Shown: piece by piece, positions 1 through 11,000 of the stretch
Position numbering within the stretch: position 1 is the stretch's first letter
Layout: the number at the start of each line of letters is the position of its first letter
Assembly (NCBI GenBank): GCA_944380545.1
Contig: CALWHV010000013.1
Span: 18,350 to 82,349, forward strand
Direction of reading: 5' to 3'
Length of the DNA: 64,000 nt
DNA from: an uncultured Eubacterium sp.
Lineage (GTDB): Bacteria; Bacillota; Clostridia; Oscillospirales; Acutalibacteraceae
Program-made: the position numbers and the translations under genes
Notes under the pieces: generated by a model
Database searches by the model: none
Seen by the model: the letters and a program-made list of their open reading frames with translations, nothing else
Told to the model about the DNA's origin: nothing

Positions 1-2028
1 CGTGTGCAGCGCGGTGAGGCGAAGCGTGTTGTTATTATATTTATCCCAGCCGTACTTGCACTCGCTGATTACGGAGACGCCGAATTCGCCGCTTTCATCG
101 GTGAGGTCCGCCCATTTCTGCGCGGGGACCTCAAAGAGCTTTTCGTTCATATTGCCCCTTTGAATGACGCCGAGGCCGAGATCGAACGACGCTTTTTCGT
201 TTGAGCAGGTAAAGGAAAATCTGTGCTTTGCCATTGTGCAAAGCGCCTGCCACTCTATCTCCGAATATACCTCAACGCATTTTCCGCCGCTTGTGAGGGC
301 GATGATATATGTGAATTTGGAGCGGTTCTTATCCTGCTGAACGACCTTGAAGGCAGCCCTTGCAGGGCCGTTTTCCTCTATTGAAACGCTGACGGGAAGC
401 GGGATCCTGTCCGCCTCCTTGGCGGCCTCCTTATAATTCATCTCCCACGCGGGCCAGTCCTTTGAGCCGGTGTATTTGAAAAGGCCGAGAATGACGGGCT
501 CGCGCAGCAGCTCCCTTTCGCCCATAGTTTTATCAAGGATGGAATCAATATTGCCCGCCTTGTTGAGGGTGACGATATACTTTTCGTTTTCAAGCACATT
601 TTCAGTTGTAATCTTAAGGTCGCTTTCAAGCCTGCACGGGAAATCGCTTGGGCGAACATCGTAAACGCGGTGGCCGAGGCTTTTTACATCGGCGATGAAA
701 AGTATCTCCTTAACGCCGTTTTTATCGGAATTGAGCTGGCTCCTGACCTCCTTGCCCGTGTCGTCGAACACGCGCACATACTGTGCGTCGATGCCGCTGA
801 GATACACGGTGACGGCGGAGGAGACGGGCGCCTCTACGGGGTTTGAAACCATAACGGGAACGCCCTGGCAGAAATCTGTTTTCATCATTGAAGCGATGCC
901 GCGCGACGCGCCTTCAAGCTCGCCGGCGAACTGATTTGCGGAAAGGGCAAGATCGTTCCAGCTGCGGCGGTAGACGCGCTGAACGCTGGTGCCGGGCATA
1001 TCGTCGTGAAACTGATGGGCGATGGCGCGCTTCCAGGCGCGGTTTATCACATCGCGGTTATAATCCGCCGTGCCGAGAAATTCCGCCTGAACAGAGGCTC
1101 TTTCGGCAAGGTCGCCGAGCTCCTCGCAGCGGCGGTTCCAGCGCTTGCCGCAGGCGCGCGAGGTGTAGCCGCCCACGCCGTGGTTCTGCATAACAAGCTC
1201 TGTTTTCCACTCCGGCAGGCGCGCTTTTTGCTCCTGCGTAAATTTTGAATCTATATCGCGGAAGATCTCGTCCGCCGCGGCAACATAGACCTCGACATCG
1301 CTGTTTTCGTTTTCGCGCGCCTCTTTTTCGACGAACGCCACGGATTTTTCCGCCGGCGCGCCGCCGCGGTCGCCTATGCCGTGGAAGATATAGGTCCAGT
1401 CAAGGCCGTATTTTTCATTTGCCTTGAACTTGTTTTTAACAAAATCCCATTTGCGAAGCTGAGTTAAAGTGAAATAATAATCGTGCGGGTTTACGCTGGC
1501 GTAGATGAAATTGCCGTCCGGCCCGTACCATTTGCCGATATCGAACGGAACGCCGTATGCGCTGCCCCACGCAAGCTTCTGCGTGGTGAAGCCCAGAAGA
1601 TTTGCGTGGCGTGCTATTGACGGGAGCGCCCAGCCGAAGCCGAAGCAATCGGGCAGGAATATATCCTTGCTGCGCTTGCCGAAGGTTTTTTCAAAATACG
1701 AATTGCCGATAAGGATGTTTCTGAAGAGCGCCTCGGGCGAGGGAATATTAGTGTCGCCGTTTTCAAAGGCGGAGCCGCAGACATTCCAGCGCCCCTCGGC
1801 AACATATTTTTTCATCTCTTCAAAAAGCTCCGGGTAATACTCTTTCATAAGCTCGTAGCGGTAAGAGCCTTCAAAATTGAATTTATACGAGGGATATTTT
1901 TTAAGAAGCTTGAAATTATCGACAAGCGTGTTGTATATGTACTGAGATACGGTTTTTTCAAAATCCCAGCACCAAACGGTGTCAAGATGCGCGGTTGCAA
2001 CAGTGTAGATCTTCTTTTTGTTCGCCAT
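1..2028 (-). CDS. Glycoside hydrolase family 38 alpha-mannosidase (3'-truncated by window edge; absent from ORF track)
   Basis: Manual translation from ATG at 2028 (RBS GAGGTG): MANKKKIYTVATAHLDTVW..., LPDCFGFG (nucleophile motif), HQFHDDMPGTS; frame open to position 1. Confidence 0.88.
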   Translation of the reverse strand, partial: MANKKKIYTVATAHLDTVWCWDFEKTVSQYIYNTLVDNFKLLKKYPSYKFNFEGSYRYELMKEYYPELFEEMKKYVAEGRWNVCGSAFENGDTNIPSPEALFRNILIGNSYFEKTFGKRSKDIFLPDCFGFGWALPSIARHANLLGFTTQKLAWGSAYGVPFDIGKWYGPDGNFIYASVNPHDYYFTLTQLRKWDFVKNKFKANEKYGLDWTYIFHGIGDRGGAPAEKSVAFVEKEARENENSDVEVYVAAADEIFRDIDSKFTQEQKARLPEWKTELVMQNHGVGGYTSRACGKRWNRRCEELGDLAERASVQAEFLGTADYNRDVINRAWKRAIAHQFHDDMPGTSVQRVYRRSWNDLALSANQFAGELEGASRGIASMMKTDFCQGVPVMVSNPVEAPVSSAVTVYLSGIDAQYVRVFDDTGKEVRSQLNSDKNGVKEILFIADVKSLGHRVYDVRPSDFPCRLESDLKITTENVLENEKYIVTLNKAGNIDSILDKTMGERELLREPVILGLFKYTGSKDWPAWEMNYKEAAKEADRIPLPVSVSIEENGPARAAFKVVQQDKNRSKFTYIIALTSGGKCVEVYSEIEWQALCTMAKHRFSFTCSNEKASFDLGLGVIQRGNMNEKLFEVPAQKWADLTDESGEFGVSVISECKYGWDKYNNNTLRLTALHT

Positions 2029-2110
2029 GGGAACACCTCATAAAAGCTGATTTTATATGGATACGGGCAGCGCGGCAGAGAACCGCGCCGCCCCTAAAAC
2101 GCCGCTGATT

Positions 2111-4519
2111 TTAAACGGCAACTATATTGACGAGTTTATTCGGAACATAGATTTCCTTTTTGACGGTTTTGCCTGCGATGGCGGCGGCTATCTTTTCATC
2201 CGCCTTTGCAAGGGCAAGCACCTCGTCCTTAGGCATATCCACGGGAACGGTTATGCGCGAGCGCACCTTGCCCATTATCTGCAAAACTATCTCCACCGTG
2301 TTTTCAACGGTTTTGCTCTCGTCATACTCAGGCCACGCAGCCTCGTGGACGAAGCCGCCGAAGCCCATACGCTCCCAAAGCTCCTCCGTTACATGGGGAG
2401 CGAACGGATTCAGAAGCACGGTGAGCGTTTTGAGCTCGTCCCTTGTGACGCTCTTTTTATCATAGAGCTTATTGAGCAGGGTCATCATAGCGGCGATAGC
2501 CGTGTTGCACTTGAGGTTGTCTATATCCTCAGTTACCTTTTTGATGGTTTTGTGCATCAGCGGCTCAACTTCCTCGCTGTAGCCGCTTTCATCAGACGCC
2601 ATCTGCTGAAGGTTCCAAAAACGCTCTATAAAGCGCTTGCAGCCCTTTATGGAATCCGAGTTCCAGGGAGCGGCCTTTTCAAAATCGCCGATAAACATCT
2701 CGTAAAGGCGCATTGTGTCCGCCCCGTAGCGGTCAACGATCTCGTCCGGATTTACGACATTGCCCCTTGATTTGCTCATCTTTTCGCCGTTTTCGCCGAG
2801 GATCATTCCGTGCGAGGTGCGCTTCATATATGGCTCCGAGGTGGGCACGACGCCGATATCATAAAGGAATTTATGCCAGAAGCGGCTGTAAAGCAGGTGA
2901 AGCGTTGTGTGCTCCATTCCGCCGTTGTACCAATCCACAGGAGTCCAATAATCCAGCGCCTCCTTAGACGCGAGCGCGTTTTGGTTATGCGGGTCGGTAT
3001 AGCGCAGGAAATACCAGGACGAGCCCGCCCACTGAGGCATAGTGTCCGTTTCTCTTTTTGCCGGCGCGCCGCAGCACGGGCAGGTGGTGTTTACCCAATC
3101 CGTTATCTTGGCAAGCGGTGATTCGCCGGTGTCCGTGGGCTCGTAGGAATCAACATTGGGCAGCCTGAGCGGAAGCTCGCTTTCAGGCAGCGGAACATAG
3201 CCGCATTTTTCGCACTTTACTATCGGTATCGGCTCGCCCCAATAGCGCTGGCGGCTGAACACCCAGTCGCGCAGCTTGAAGTTTATCTTTTCGCGGCCCT
3301 TGCCGTTTTCCTCAAGCCATTTTATCATTGCCTTTTGCGCGTCCTCAACGCTCATACCGGTGATAAAGCCGCTGTTTACGAGCTTGCCCGTAGCGCAGTC
3401 CGTAAACGCCTCCTTTTGAACATCCTCGCCGCCGGAGACGACCTCGATGATAGGAAGGTTGAATTTCTTGGCAAATTCCCAGTCGCGCGTGTCGTGGGCG
3501 GGAACAGCCATAATGGCGCCGGTGCCGTAAGAGGTGAGAACATAATCCGAGATGAATATGGGTATCTCGGTATCGTTTACGGGATTTATGCCCATAACGC
3601 CGACGAGCCTGACGCCCGTTTTATCCTTATTTATCTCCGTGCGCTCAAAATCGCTTTTCTTTGCCGCCTCCTGCTGATAGGCGCGCACCTCGCTCATATT
3701 TTCAATAAGCGGCGCCCATTTATCAATAAGCGGATGCTCCGGCGATATTACCATATATGTTGCGCCGAAAAGCGTGTCGCACCTGGTGGTATAAACGGTT
3801 AGCTTATCGCCCGTAGTGGTGGCGAAATCCACCTCTGCGCCGTGGCTTTTTCCTATCCAGTTTTTCTGCTGCACCTTGACGCGGTCTATAAAATCAACAT
3901 CGTCAAGATCTTTGACAAGGCGGTCTGCGTAATCGGTTATCTTGAGCATCCACTGGCTCTGCTCTTTTCTGATGACCTCTGAGCCGCAGCGCTCGCAGAC
4001 GCCGTTTACGACCTCCTCGTTTGCAAGCACGCATTTGCAGGAGGTGCACCAGTTTACCGCCATTTTCTTTTTGTAGGCAAGCCCTTTTTTGAAGAGCTGA
4101 AGGAATATCCACTGAGTCCACTTATAATAATCGGGGTCGGTGGTGTTTATCTCTCTGGTCCAGTCAAACGAAAAGCCGAGGGACTGGAGCTGCTGCTTGA
4201 AATGGGCGATATTGTTTTTCGTTACCTCCGCGGGATGGACATGGTTTTTGATGGCGTAATTCTCCGTAGGCAGGCCGAAGGCGTCCCACCCCATAGGGTA
4301 GAGCACATTATAGCCCTGAAGGCGCTTTTTCCTTGCAACGATATCAAGCGCGGTGTATGAGCGCGGATGACCCACATGGAGCCCCTGTCCGCTTGGGTAG
4401 GGAAACTCCACAAGGCAGTAGAATTTTGGCAGCGAATAATCGTCCTTTGCCGCAAAGGTGTTTTGCGAATACCAGATATCCTGCCACTTTTTTTCAATCT
4501 GTTTGAAATCGTATTCCAT
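2111..4519 (-). CDS. leuS: Leucine--tRNA ligase
   Basis: FPYPSG-LHVGH (HIGH-like) and KMSKS motifs, 802 aa. Confidence 0.98.
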   Translation of the reverse strand: MEYDFKQIEKKWQDIWYSQNTFAAKDDYSLPKFYCLVEFPYPSGQGLHVGHPRSYTALDIVARKKRLQGYNVLYPMGWDAFGLPTENYAIKNHVHPAEVTKNNIAHFKQQLQSLGFSFDWTREINTTDPDYYKWTQWIFLQLFKKGLAYKKKMAVNWCTSCKCVLANEEVVNGVCERCGSEVIRKEQSQWMLKITDYADRLVKDLDDVDFIDRVKVQQKNWIGKSHGAEVDFATTTGDKLTVYTTRCDTLFGATYMVISPEHPLIDKWAPLIENMSEVRAYQQEAAKKSDFERTEINKDKTGVRLVGVMGINPVNDTEIPIFISDYVLTSYGTGAIMAVPAHDTRDWEFAKKFNLPIIEVVSGGEDVQKEAFTDCATGKLVNSGFITGMSVEDAQKAMIKWLEENGKGREKINFKLRDWVFSRQRYWGEPIPIVKCEKCGYVPLPESELPLRLPNVDSYEPTDTGESPLAKITDWVNTTCPCCGAPAKRETDTMPQWAGSSWYFLRYTDPHNQNALASKEALDYWTPVDWYNGGMEHTTLHLLYSRFWHKFLYDIGVVPTSEPYMKRTSHGMILGENGEKMSKSRGNVVNPDEIVDRYGADTMRLYEMFIGDFEKAAPWNSDSIKGCKRFIERFWNLQQMASDESGYSEEVEPLMHKTIKKVTEDIDNLKCNTAIAAMMTLLNKLYDKKSVTRDELKTLTVLLNPFAPHVTEELWERMGFGGFVHEAAWPEYDESKTVENTVEIVLQIMGKVRSRITVPVDMPKDEVLALAKADEKIAAAIAGKTVKKEIYVPNKLVNIVAV

Positions 4520-4533
4520 ATATCCTTTCCTCC

Positions 4534-4887
4534 TTAAGCGTTAAGCAATTCCTCGGCGTTTATCTCCTCGCCGTCCTCCCAAAGGCGCTCAAGGCGGTAA
4601 TACTGCCTTTGCTCCTTGTGAAAAACATGGATGACCACCGATGCGCAGTCTATGCAGATCCAGCCGGAGCTGCGCCCCTCGATATGGTCCGGACGCTCGC
4701 CCCCCTCGGTGAGCTTGAACTCGATCTCGTCTGCAATGGCTTTGGTCTGTGTGTTTGAATCTCCGCTGACGAAAACGAAATAATCCGCCAAAACGGAGAT
4801 ATCGCGGATCTTTATCACGCGTATCTCGCGACCTTTTTTTGAATCAGCCGCTTTCACGGCGATTTTCAGAATATCAAGAGATTCCAT
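4534..4887 (-). CDS. rsfS: Ribosome silencing factor
   Basis: [26 protein letters not shown]...V.HVF..E.R.YY.LE.LW; start moved to ATG 4887. Confidence 0.93.
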   Translation of the reverse strand: MESLDILKIAVKAADSKKGREIRVIKIRDISVLADYFVFVSGDSNTQTKAIADEIEFKLTEGGERPDHIEGRSSGWICIDCASVVIHVFHKEQRQYYRLERLWEDGEEINAEELLNA

Positions 4888-5467
4888 TACTTTCTTTAAT
4901 CCTCTCCTCCAGCAGGTAATCATAGCAGTCAAGCGTGTCCGGGTGGATAAGTTCCCGCCCGCCGGCAAGCTGCTTTAAGGTGAAGCCGAGCGAATATATA
5001 ACGGCGTCGTCCAGGCTTTTTTCGGCAAGCAGACGCACCGTTTCAACATCTGGGTACTCCCTGTCCGGCGAAATGAGATCCGCCGTGAAAAGCACCTTTT
5101 CAAGCAGAGTTATGCCGCGCCTGCCCGTTGTGTGAAAGCGTACGGCACAAAGCACCTCTTCATCCGTTACGCCGAGGACAAGACGGCAGTACGCCGCGCC
5201 TGAGCGCTGGTGAAGCACCTGCGGCCTGTTAAGCTCCAAAAAGGAAACGCTGCCGCCGAGCTTTTCTATATATTCCACCTGCTCGAGCACGGGGGTCTCC
5301 TTTGTGATGTCGTGCAGGATACCGGCAAGCCGCGCCTTTTCAGCATTCGCGCCGTACAGCCCTGCAAGGCGCGCGGCAGTTTTTGAAACATTGACGCAGT
5401 GATCGTATCTTTTTTGCGAAAGACGCTGCCGAACCGCCGCCGCATATTCATCAAGAGCGTTCAACAT
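4874..5467 (-). CDS. yqeK: HD-domain Ap4A hydrolase YqeK
   Basis: R..H..V, LHDITKE, H..G, ADLISP.R; lies between nadD and rsfS; start moved to ATG 5467. Confidence 0.9.
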   Translation of the reverse strand: MLNALDEYAAAVRQRLSQKRYDHCVNVSKTAARLAGLYGANAEKARLAGILHDITKETPVLEQVEYIEKLGGSVSFLELNRPQVLHQRSGAAYCRLVLGVTDEEVLCAVRFHTTGRRGITLLEKVLFTADLISPDREYPDVETVRLLAEKSLDDAVIYSLGFTLKQLAGGRELIHPDTLDCYDYLLEERIKESNGIS

Positions 5468-6053
5468 AAAGCCCCTTTTCAATAATATAATCCAAAACGC
5501 ATTTCGGCACAAGAGCCGAAATATCCTTATTTTTGTTTAAATTATCCCTGATAAGGCTGCTTGAAACATCTACAGGCTCAAAGCCGGCGACGATGACGCT
5601 GCCCGCGGGGAAACGGCGGGCCGCAAACTCACGCAGCATATCGGCGTTTTTTTCATCCCTTGCGGCGGCGCAGAGCGTTGCGTCCCTGAGAATATCGCCG
5701 TACCTGTACCACTCTTCAAACTTTAAAAGCTGATCGCTGCCCACAAGCAGAAAGAGCTGCGCGTCGGGATACATTGATTTTAAAGCTTGAACGGTGCCAT
5801 AGGTATAGCTTTTGCCGGGGGTTTTGAATTCCATATCGGAAACGACCGCCTTGGCAACGCGGTGAAACGCCGCGCGCGCCATAAAAAGCCTGTCCTCTTC
5901 CGATGCGAAATCCCTGCCGCTTCTGTGCGGCGGGCGCGCCGTGGGCAGTACGAAGAGAATATCAAGCCCCAGCTCGTCTATAAAGCGCGACGCGAGGGCA
6001 AGGTGCCCGTTGTGCACGGGGTTGAACGCGCCGCCGAACACGCCGAGCCTCAA
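5451..6053 (-). CDS. nadD: Nicotinate-nucleotide adenylyltransferase
   Basis: GVFGGAFNPVHNGH, SYT..T, VGSD, VSSS.IR. Confidence 0.95.
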   Translation of the reverse strand: MRLGVFGGAFNPVHNGHLALASRFIDELGLDILFVLPTARPPHRSGRDFASEEDRLFMARAAFHRVAKAVVSDMEFKTPGKSYTYGTVQALKSMYPDAQLFLLVGSDQLLKFEEWYRYGDILRDATLCAAARDEKNADMLREFAARRFPAGSVIVAGFEPVDVSSSLIRDNLNKNKDISALVPKCVLDYIIEKGLYVERS

Positions 6054-6466
6054 CGCCCGACACCTCTTGAACGCCCGCGCTCCTGCCTTGAAGCGCCGGC
6101 TTTATCGGCGTTTCTTGCGCGCAGACCCTTTATCTTGACGCGCTTTTTTGCCGGCTTTTTGCTTTTTTGAGAGGCGGCTTTTTTTGCCCTTGTCTTTTCC
6201 TCATCCGCTTTTCTGTAAAGCACGATGACGCCGCCTATCACCTGGATGACCTCTGCGCCGAGCGCAGCCTGAAGCTTATCGGCTATCTGCCTGGGCTTTT
6301 CGGGCGAGGTTTCAAGATGGACGCGGACCTTTAAAAGCTCCCTTGCGTCAAGCGCATCGTCAAGCTGCGATATAAGATTTGGGCAGACGCCCTCCTTGCC
6401 CACCTGGAATATAGGCTCCAGCGGGTTTGCGGCGGCTCTTAACGCCGCTCTTTCCTTTGAATTCAT
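6050..6466 (-). CDS. yhbY: YhbY/CRM-domain RNA-binding protein with basic C-terminal extension
   Basis: KERAALR..A..L.P..Q.GKEG, RELLKV, Q.IG..IVLYR. Confidence 0.9.
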   Translation of the reverse strand: MNSKERAALRAAANPLEPIFQVGKEGVCPNLISQLDDALDARELLKVRVHLETSPEKPRQIADKLQAALGAEVIQVIGGVIVLYRKADEEKTRAKKAASQKSKKPAKKRVKIKGLRARNADKAGASRQERGRSRGVGR

Positions 6467-6523
6467 AACTCTTTCTCCGAATAAAGATTCACGATTTTTC
6501 CTAAGCCGACGGCAATCGGTAGC

Positions 6524-7120
6524 TTAAAGCCATTTTGCGTTCGACTTGAGCTCATCGCGCAAAAGGCGAAGCGCCTTGCCGCGGTGGCTTATCTTATCCT
6601 TTTCCTGCGCCGTGTATCTGCCGAACGATTTGCCGTTTACTATAAACAGCGGGTCGTAGCCGAAGCCGGCGTTTCCGTCTCTTTCAAAGCCTATCGTGCC
6701 GTGGCACTCGCCGCGCACGGTTATTTTTTTACCGTTCGGAAAAACGCAGCAAACGGCGCAGACATAATGCGCGGTGCGCTTTTCCGCGGGAATGCCGCTG
6801 AGCTTTTCGAGCAGCAGATCGTTGTTTTTTTCGTCGTTTCCGTGCTCGCCGGAAAAGCGGGCGGAAAAGATGCCGGGCGCGCCGCCGAGATAATCGACGC
6901 AAAGGCCGCTGTCGTCCGCAATACCGGGCAGACCGGTTATACTGCAGGCGTTTTCAGCCTTTAAAAACGCGTTTTCCTCAAAGGTGGAGCCGGTTTCCTC
7001 CACCTCCGGCAGGGTGATGCCCAAATCCTTCGCCGTGAGCACATTCACGCCGAGCGGAGAGAGGATGCGGCGCATCTCCTCAAGCTTTTTCATATTGTTT
7101 GTTGCAAGAATGAAATCCAT
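6524..7120 (-). CDS. rdgB: Non-canonical purine NTP pyrophosphatase (RdgB/HAM1)
   Basis: ATNN..K..E, EETG.TF.ENA..KA, ADDSGL, FGYDPLF, SHRGKA. Confidence 0.95.
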   Translation of the reverse strand: MDFILATNNMKKLEEMRRILSPLGVNVLTAKDLGITLPEVEETGSTFEENAFLKAENACSITGLPGIADDSGLCVDYLGGAPGIFSARFSGEHGNDEKNNDLLLEKLSGIPAEKRTAHYVCAVCCVFPNGKKITVRGECHGTIGFERDGNAGFGYDPLFIVNGKSFGRYTAQEKDKISHRGKALRLLRDELKSNAKWL

Positions 7121-8040
7121 TATTTTTCCTCACTGTCAAACAGCCCGGCGGCAAACGCGTCCGCATCAAAGGGCTGAAGATCGTCTATCTGCTCGCCAAC
7201 GCCCACGAATTTCACGGGCACATCAAGCTCGTTGTTTATGGCGAGCACAACGCCGCCCCTGGCGGTGCCATCCAGCTTTGTGAGCACGATTCCGGTTATG
7301 CCCGCAGCGTCCTTGAAATCCTTTGCCTGGTTCACGGCGTTTTGACCCGTGGTGGCGTCCAGCACAAGGAGCACCTCCTTTGAGGCATCCGGCAGCTCGC
7401 GGTCTATGACCCTGCCTATCTTATTGAGCTCGTCCATAAGATTCTTTTTGTTATGCAGCCTGCCGGCGGTGTCGATTATTATGACATCCGCGCCGCGCGC
7501 CTTGCCCGCCTGAACGGTGTCAAACACGACTGAGGCGGGGTCTGAGCCCTCGGCGGACTTGATGAGGTCTACTCCTGCTCTGTCCGCCCACACCTGGAGC
7601 TGCTCTATGGCAGCGGCTCTGAAGGTGTCCGCCGCGCCGAGGATGACGCTTCTTCCCTGCTCCTTAAGGCGCAGGGCAAGCTTGCCGATGGTGGTGGTTT
7701 TTCCCACGCCGTTTACGCCGATAACAAGGATGACGGACGGCTTTGTGCGCAGCTTCAGATAGCTGCCGCCCCACACGATGCCGGAAACGATATCCTTTAT
7801 CGTTTCGCGCACCTTTTTAACATCGGAAATCCCGTCGTTTTGCACCTTTTCGCGCAGGCTTTTGATTATTTTTTCGGCGGTGGGAACGCCCACATCGCCC
7901 ATAATAAGTATCTCCTCCAGCTCGTCGTAAAGCTCCGGAGTTATTCTTTCATAGCTTTCAACGACCTCGTTTATCTGAGCGGTCATTCCCTGCTCTCTTG
8001 TTTTTCTGAGGCCCTTTCTGAATTTATCAAACAATCCCAT
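7120..8040 (-). CDS. ftsY: SRP receptor FtsY
   Basis: [32 protein letters not shown]. Confidence 0.97.
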   Translation of the reverse strand: MGLFDKFRKGLRKTREQGMTAQINEVVESYERITPELYDELEEILIMGDVGVPTAEKIIKSLREKVQNDGISDVKKVRETIKDIVSGIVWGGSYLKLRTKPSVILVIGVNGVGKTTTIGKLALRLKEQGRSVILGAADTFRAAAIEQLQVWADRAGVDLIKSAEGSDPASVVFDTVQAGKARGADVIIIDTAGRLHNKKNLMDELNKIGRVIDRELPDASKEVLLVLDATTGQNAVNQAKDFKDAAGITGIVLTKLDGTARGGVVLAINNELDVPVKFVGVGEQIDDLQPFDADAFAAGLFDSEEK

Positions 8041-8067
8041 ATTTCAACATCTCCCGATATTAGGATA

Positions 8068-11000
8068 TCAATCGCTGAGTCCCATCTTTGCCGCAAGCTC
8101 GGCCGATTGCAGCTCAAGCAGCTTTGAAACGCCCTTTTCCTGCATAGTTACGCCGTAAAGCACATCCGCCTCTTCCATAGTGCCGCGGCGGTGAGTTATG
8201 GCGATGAACTGAGTTTTATCCGTCATACGGCGCATATACTTTGCAAAGCGCTCCACATTTACATCGTCGAGCGCTGCCTCGACCTCGTCGTAGATGCAAA
8301 ACGGCGAGGGCTGCACGCGAAGCACGCTGAACAGCAGGGCGAGCGCGGCAAGCGATTTTTCGCCGCCGGAGAAAAGATTTATGTTTTGCACGGATTTTCC
8401 GGGCGGCTGAATCTTTATCTCTATCGGACATTCAAGGCAGTTATCGGGGTCTTCAAGGACGAGCTCGCCCTTGCCGCCGCCGAAGAAATCGGCGAAACAG
8501 CGGCTGAACTCGCCGTTTATACGGGAAAACTGCGTTAAGAAGCGTTCGCTCATTGAGCGCGTAAGATCGTCTATTATCTTATTGAGCTCCGATTTTGAGG
8601 TTTCAACATCGCGCACCTGCGCGCTCAAAAACTCGTATCTTTCCGAAACCTCTTTATATTCCTCGATGGCGCCGACATTGATGGAGCCGAGCTTTTTGAT
8701 TGCTACCTTTATCTCGTGAAGGCGCTTTCTTGCCGATTCCATATCGTCTATCCTGATATTGAGCGCCTCCGCCTCGCGGCGCGTAAGCTCATACTGCTCG
8801 AAAAGCATATCGTTGAGCTCATCGTACTCCTTGCGCATAGTTATCTTGCGCTCGTCAAGGCGAACTATCTCAGCAGAAAGCTTTTCCCTCTCCTGCTCCT
8901 TGTTTCTTTCAAGCACTCTGAGCTGAGCCGACTTTTTGTCAAGCTCGTCTCTTTGAGCTATGAGCTCCTCTATCTGCCGCGCCGACTGCGCCGAGCTTTC
9001 GCGCAGCGCCGAAGCCGCTTTTTTTATCTCAAGTATCTGCGCGCCGAGCTCCTCGTTCTTTGACTGAAGCTCCGCTATCTCGCGTTCTATCTCGCCGACC
9101 CTGCCGGACTGCGCCGTGCGGCGAAGCTCAAGCTCCTCTATGGCAAGGCTTGCAGCCTGCGAATCCTTGGCGATGGTAACGAGCTGAAGATTGAGCTGCT
9201 CGCTTTCCTCGCGCAGCTTTTCTCTTTGCTGCGCCGCGCCCCTTGCGTTGCCGGTCGCCTTTTCAAGCTCCTGCTCCGTCTTTTCTATCTCGGACTGGAC
9301 ATCGGCGGCGTTTTTCTGCGCCTTATCGCGCTCCGCCTCATAGCCGGAGATCCTGGAATCCGCGCTCTTTACCTCGCTGTCAAGCTCGCCGACGCGCTCC
9401 TCAAGCGAGCGCAGCTTATCTGCGATGAGCCTGTTTTCGCCCTCTGCGCGGATAAGGTCCTCTCTTGCGGTTGCTGCGGCCGCCTCGGCCGCCTGAAGGC
9501 GCGCCGACTCGCGGCTTGCCTCCTCCTGCGCGGTTTTGAGCTGCGCCTCAAGCTCTCTGCGCTCAGAATCGAGCGCCTTTGCCTCCTCAAGCAGCTCCTC
9601 TATCATATTGGCGCGAGAGAGTATGCCCGCGCCCTTTGCGCGGCTGCCGCCCGTCATAGAGCCGCCGGGATTCATAACCTGACCGTCCAGCGTTACTATC
9701 TTGAAGCGGTTGCCGTACTGCTTGGCGATGCCGATGGCGCTGTCGATATCATCAGCGATAACGGTGCGCCCCAAAAGATTTGATATTATCTGCGAATATT
9801 CGTGGCTGCACTCCACAAGCTCGCTTGCCACGGCGACGAAGCCGAGCTCGTCTCTGAGCCCCTTTTCGTCAAGAGCACGGCCCTTGATATTTGAAACGGG
9901 CAGGAATGTGGCTCTGCCGAGATTATTTGATTTAAGGTAGTTTATCGCCCTTTTCGCGTCCGCCTCGTTTGCGGTTACGATATTCTGCATTGCCGCTCCG
10001 AGCGCGACCTCGACGGCGGTGGAGTATTCGTTTTCAACCTGTATGAGCTGAGAGAGCACGCCGCGCACGCCGCCGAGCGCACCGGAACGGGAGGCGCGAA
10101 TGACCGCCTTTACCGCGCCGGAGTAGCCCTCCATATTTTTTTCGAGATCACTGAGCATATTGGCGCGCGAGCGTTTTTCGGAAAGGCGGGCGGTGAGCTT
10201 TGAAAGCTTTTCGGAAAGCTCCAACGCCTTTTTTTCCTTGCTCTGCGCCCTGAGCCTGAAGCCGGAGGCGGCGTTCGTGCTCTCCTCTATCTCCGCCTCA
10301 AGCGCCTTTAGCTTAGAATCGCTTTTTTCCTTGCCTGCCTTTTCTGCCGCAAGCTCCTGCGTAAGCTTTTCACGCGCTTCGCGGGCTGCCGAGCAGCGCT
10401 GCCTTATCTCCTCTATGCCGGAGGACGCCTGTGTGAGCGCGACCCTGTGGTCAGAAAGGCTCATCGTTAGCGACGCGAGGCGCGCGTTGAGCTGCGCCGT
10501 CAGGCGCGAGAGCTCCTTATCTGAGCTGCTCAGCTCCTCCATACTGCCGGCGAGCTGCTCAAGACGGCTGCGAAGCTCCTGCGATTTTTTGGCGCAGCTT
10601 GCAATGAGCGCGCGCTTTTGCGCAATGCTTTCGTCAATGGAGGCGTTGCCCTGAGAAGCCTCGTCAATATCGGAGCGAAGACGCTGCGCGGTCTGCTCGT
10701 TATGGCTGATGGTCGCCTCTATTACGGAGCACTCGCCGTCCTTTTTGAGCGCCTGTTCGTCGTGAGCCGAGGCGTCCGCACGCAGAGCGTCTATCTCGGC
10801 GTTTATCTTGACCGTCTGCTCCAGCGACGATTCGATATCCCGTTCTATATCCTTAAGCTCGCGCTCGCAGACGGAATAAGATTCGTTGGCGGCGTCTATC
10901 CTGTGCTCCTGCTCGCGCAGCTCGTTTGTGAATTTATTTATCTTGTTTACCCAAACGCCTATCTCAAGCGTTTTCTTTTCGTCCGCAAGCTCTATGAAGC

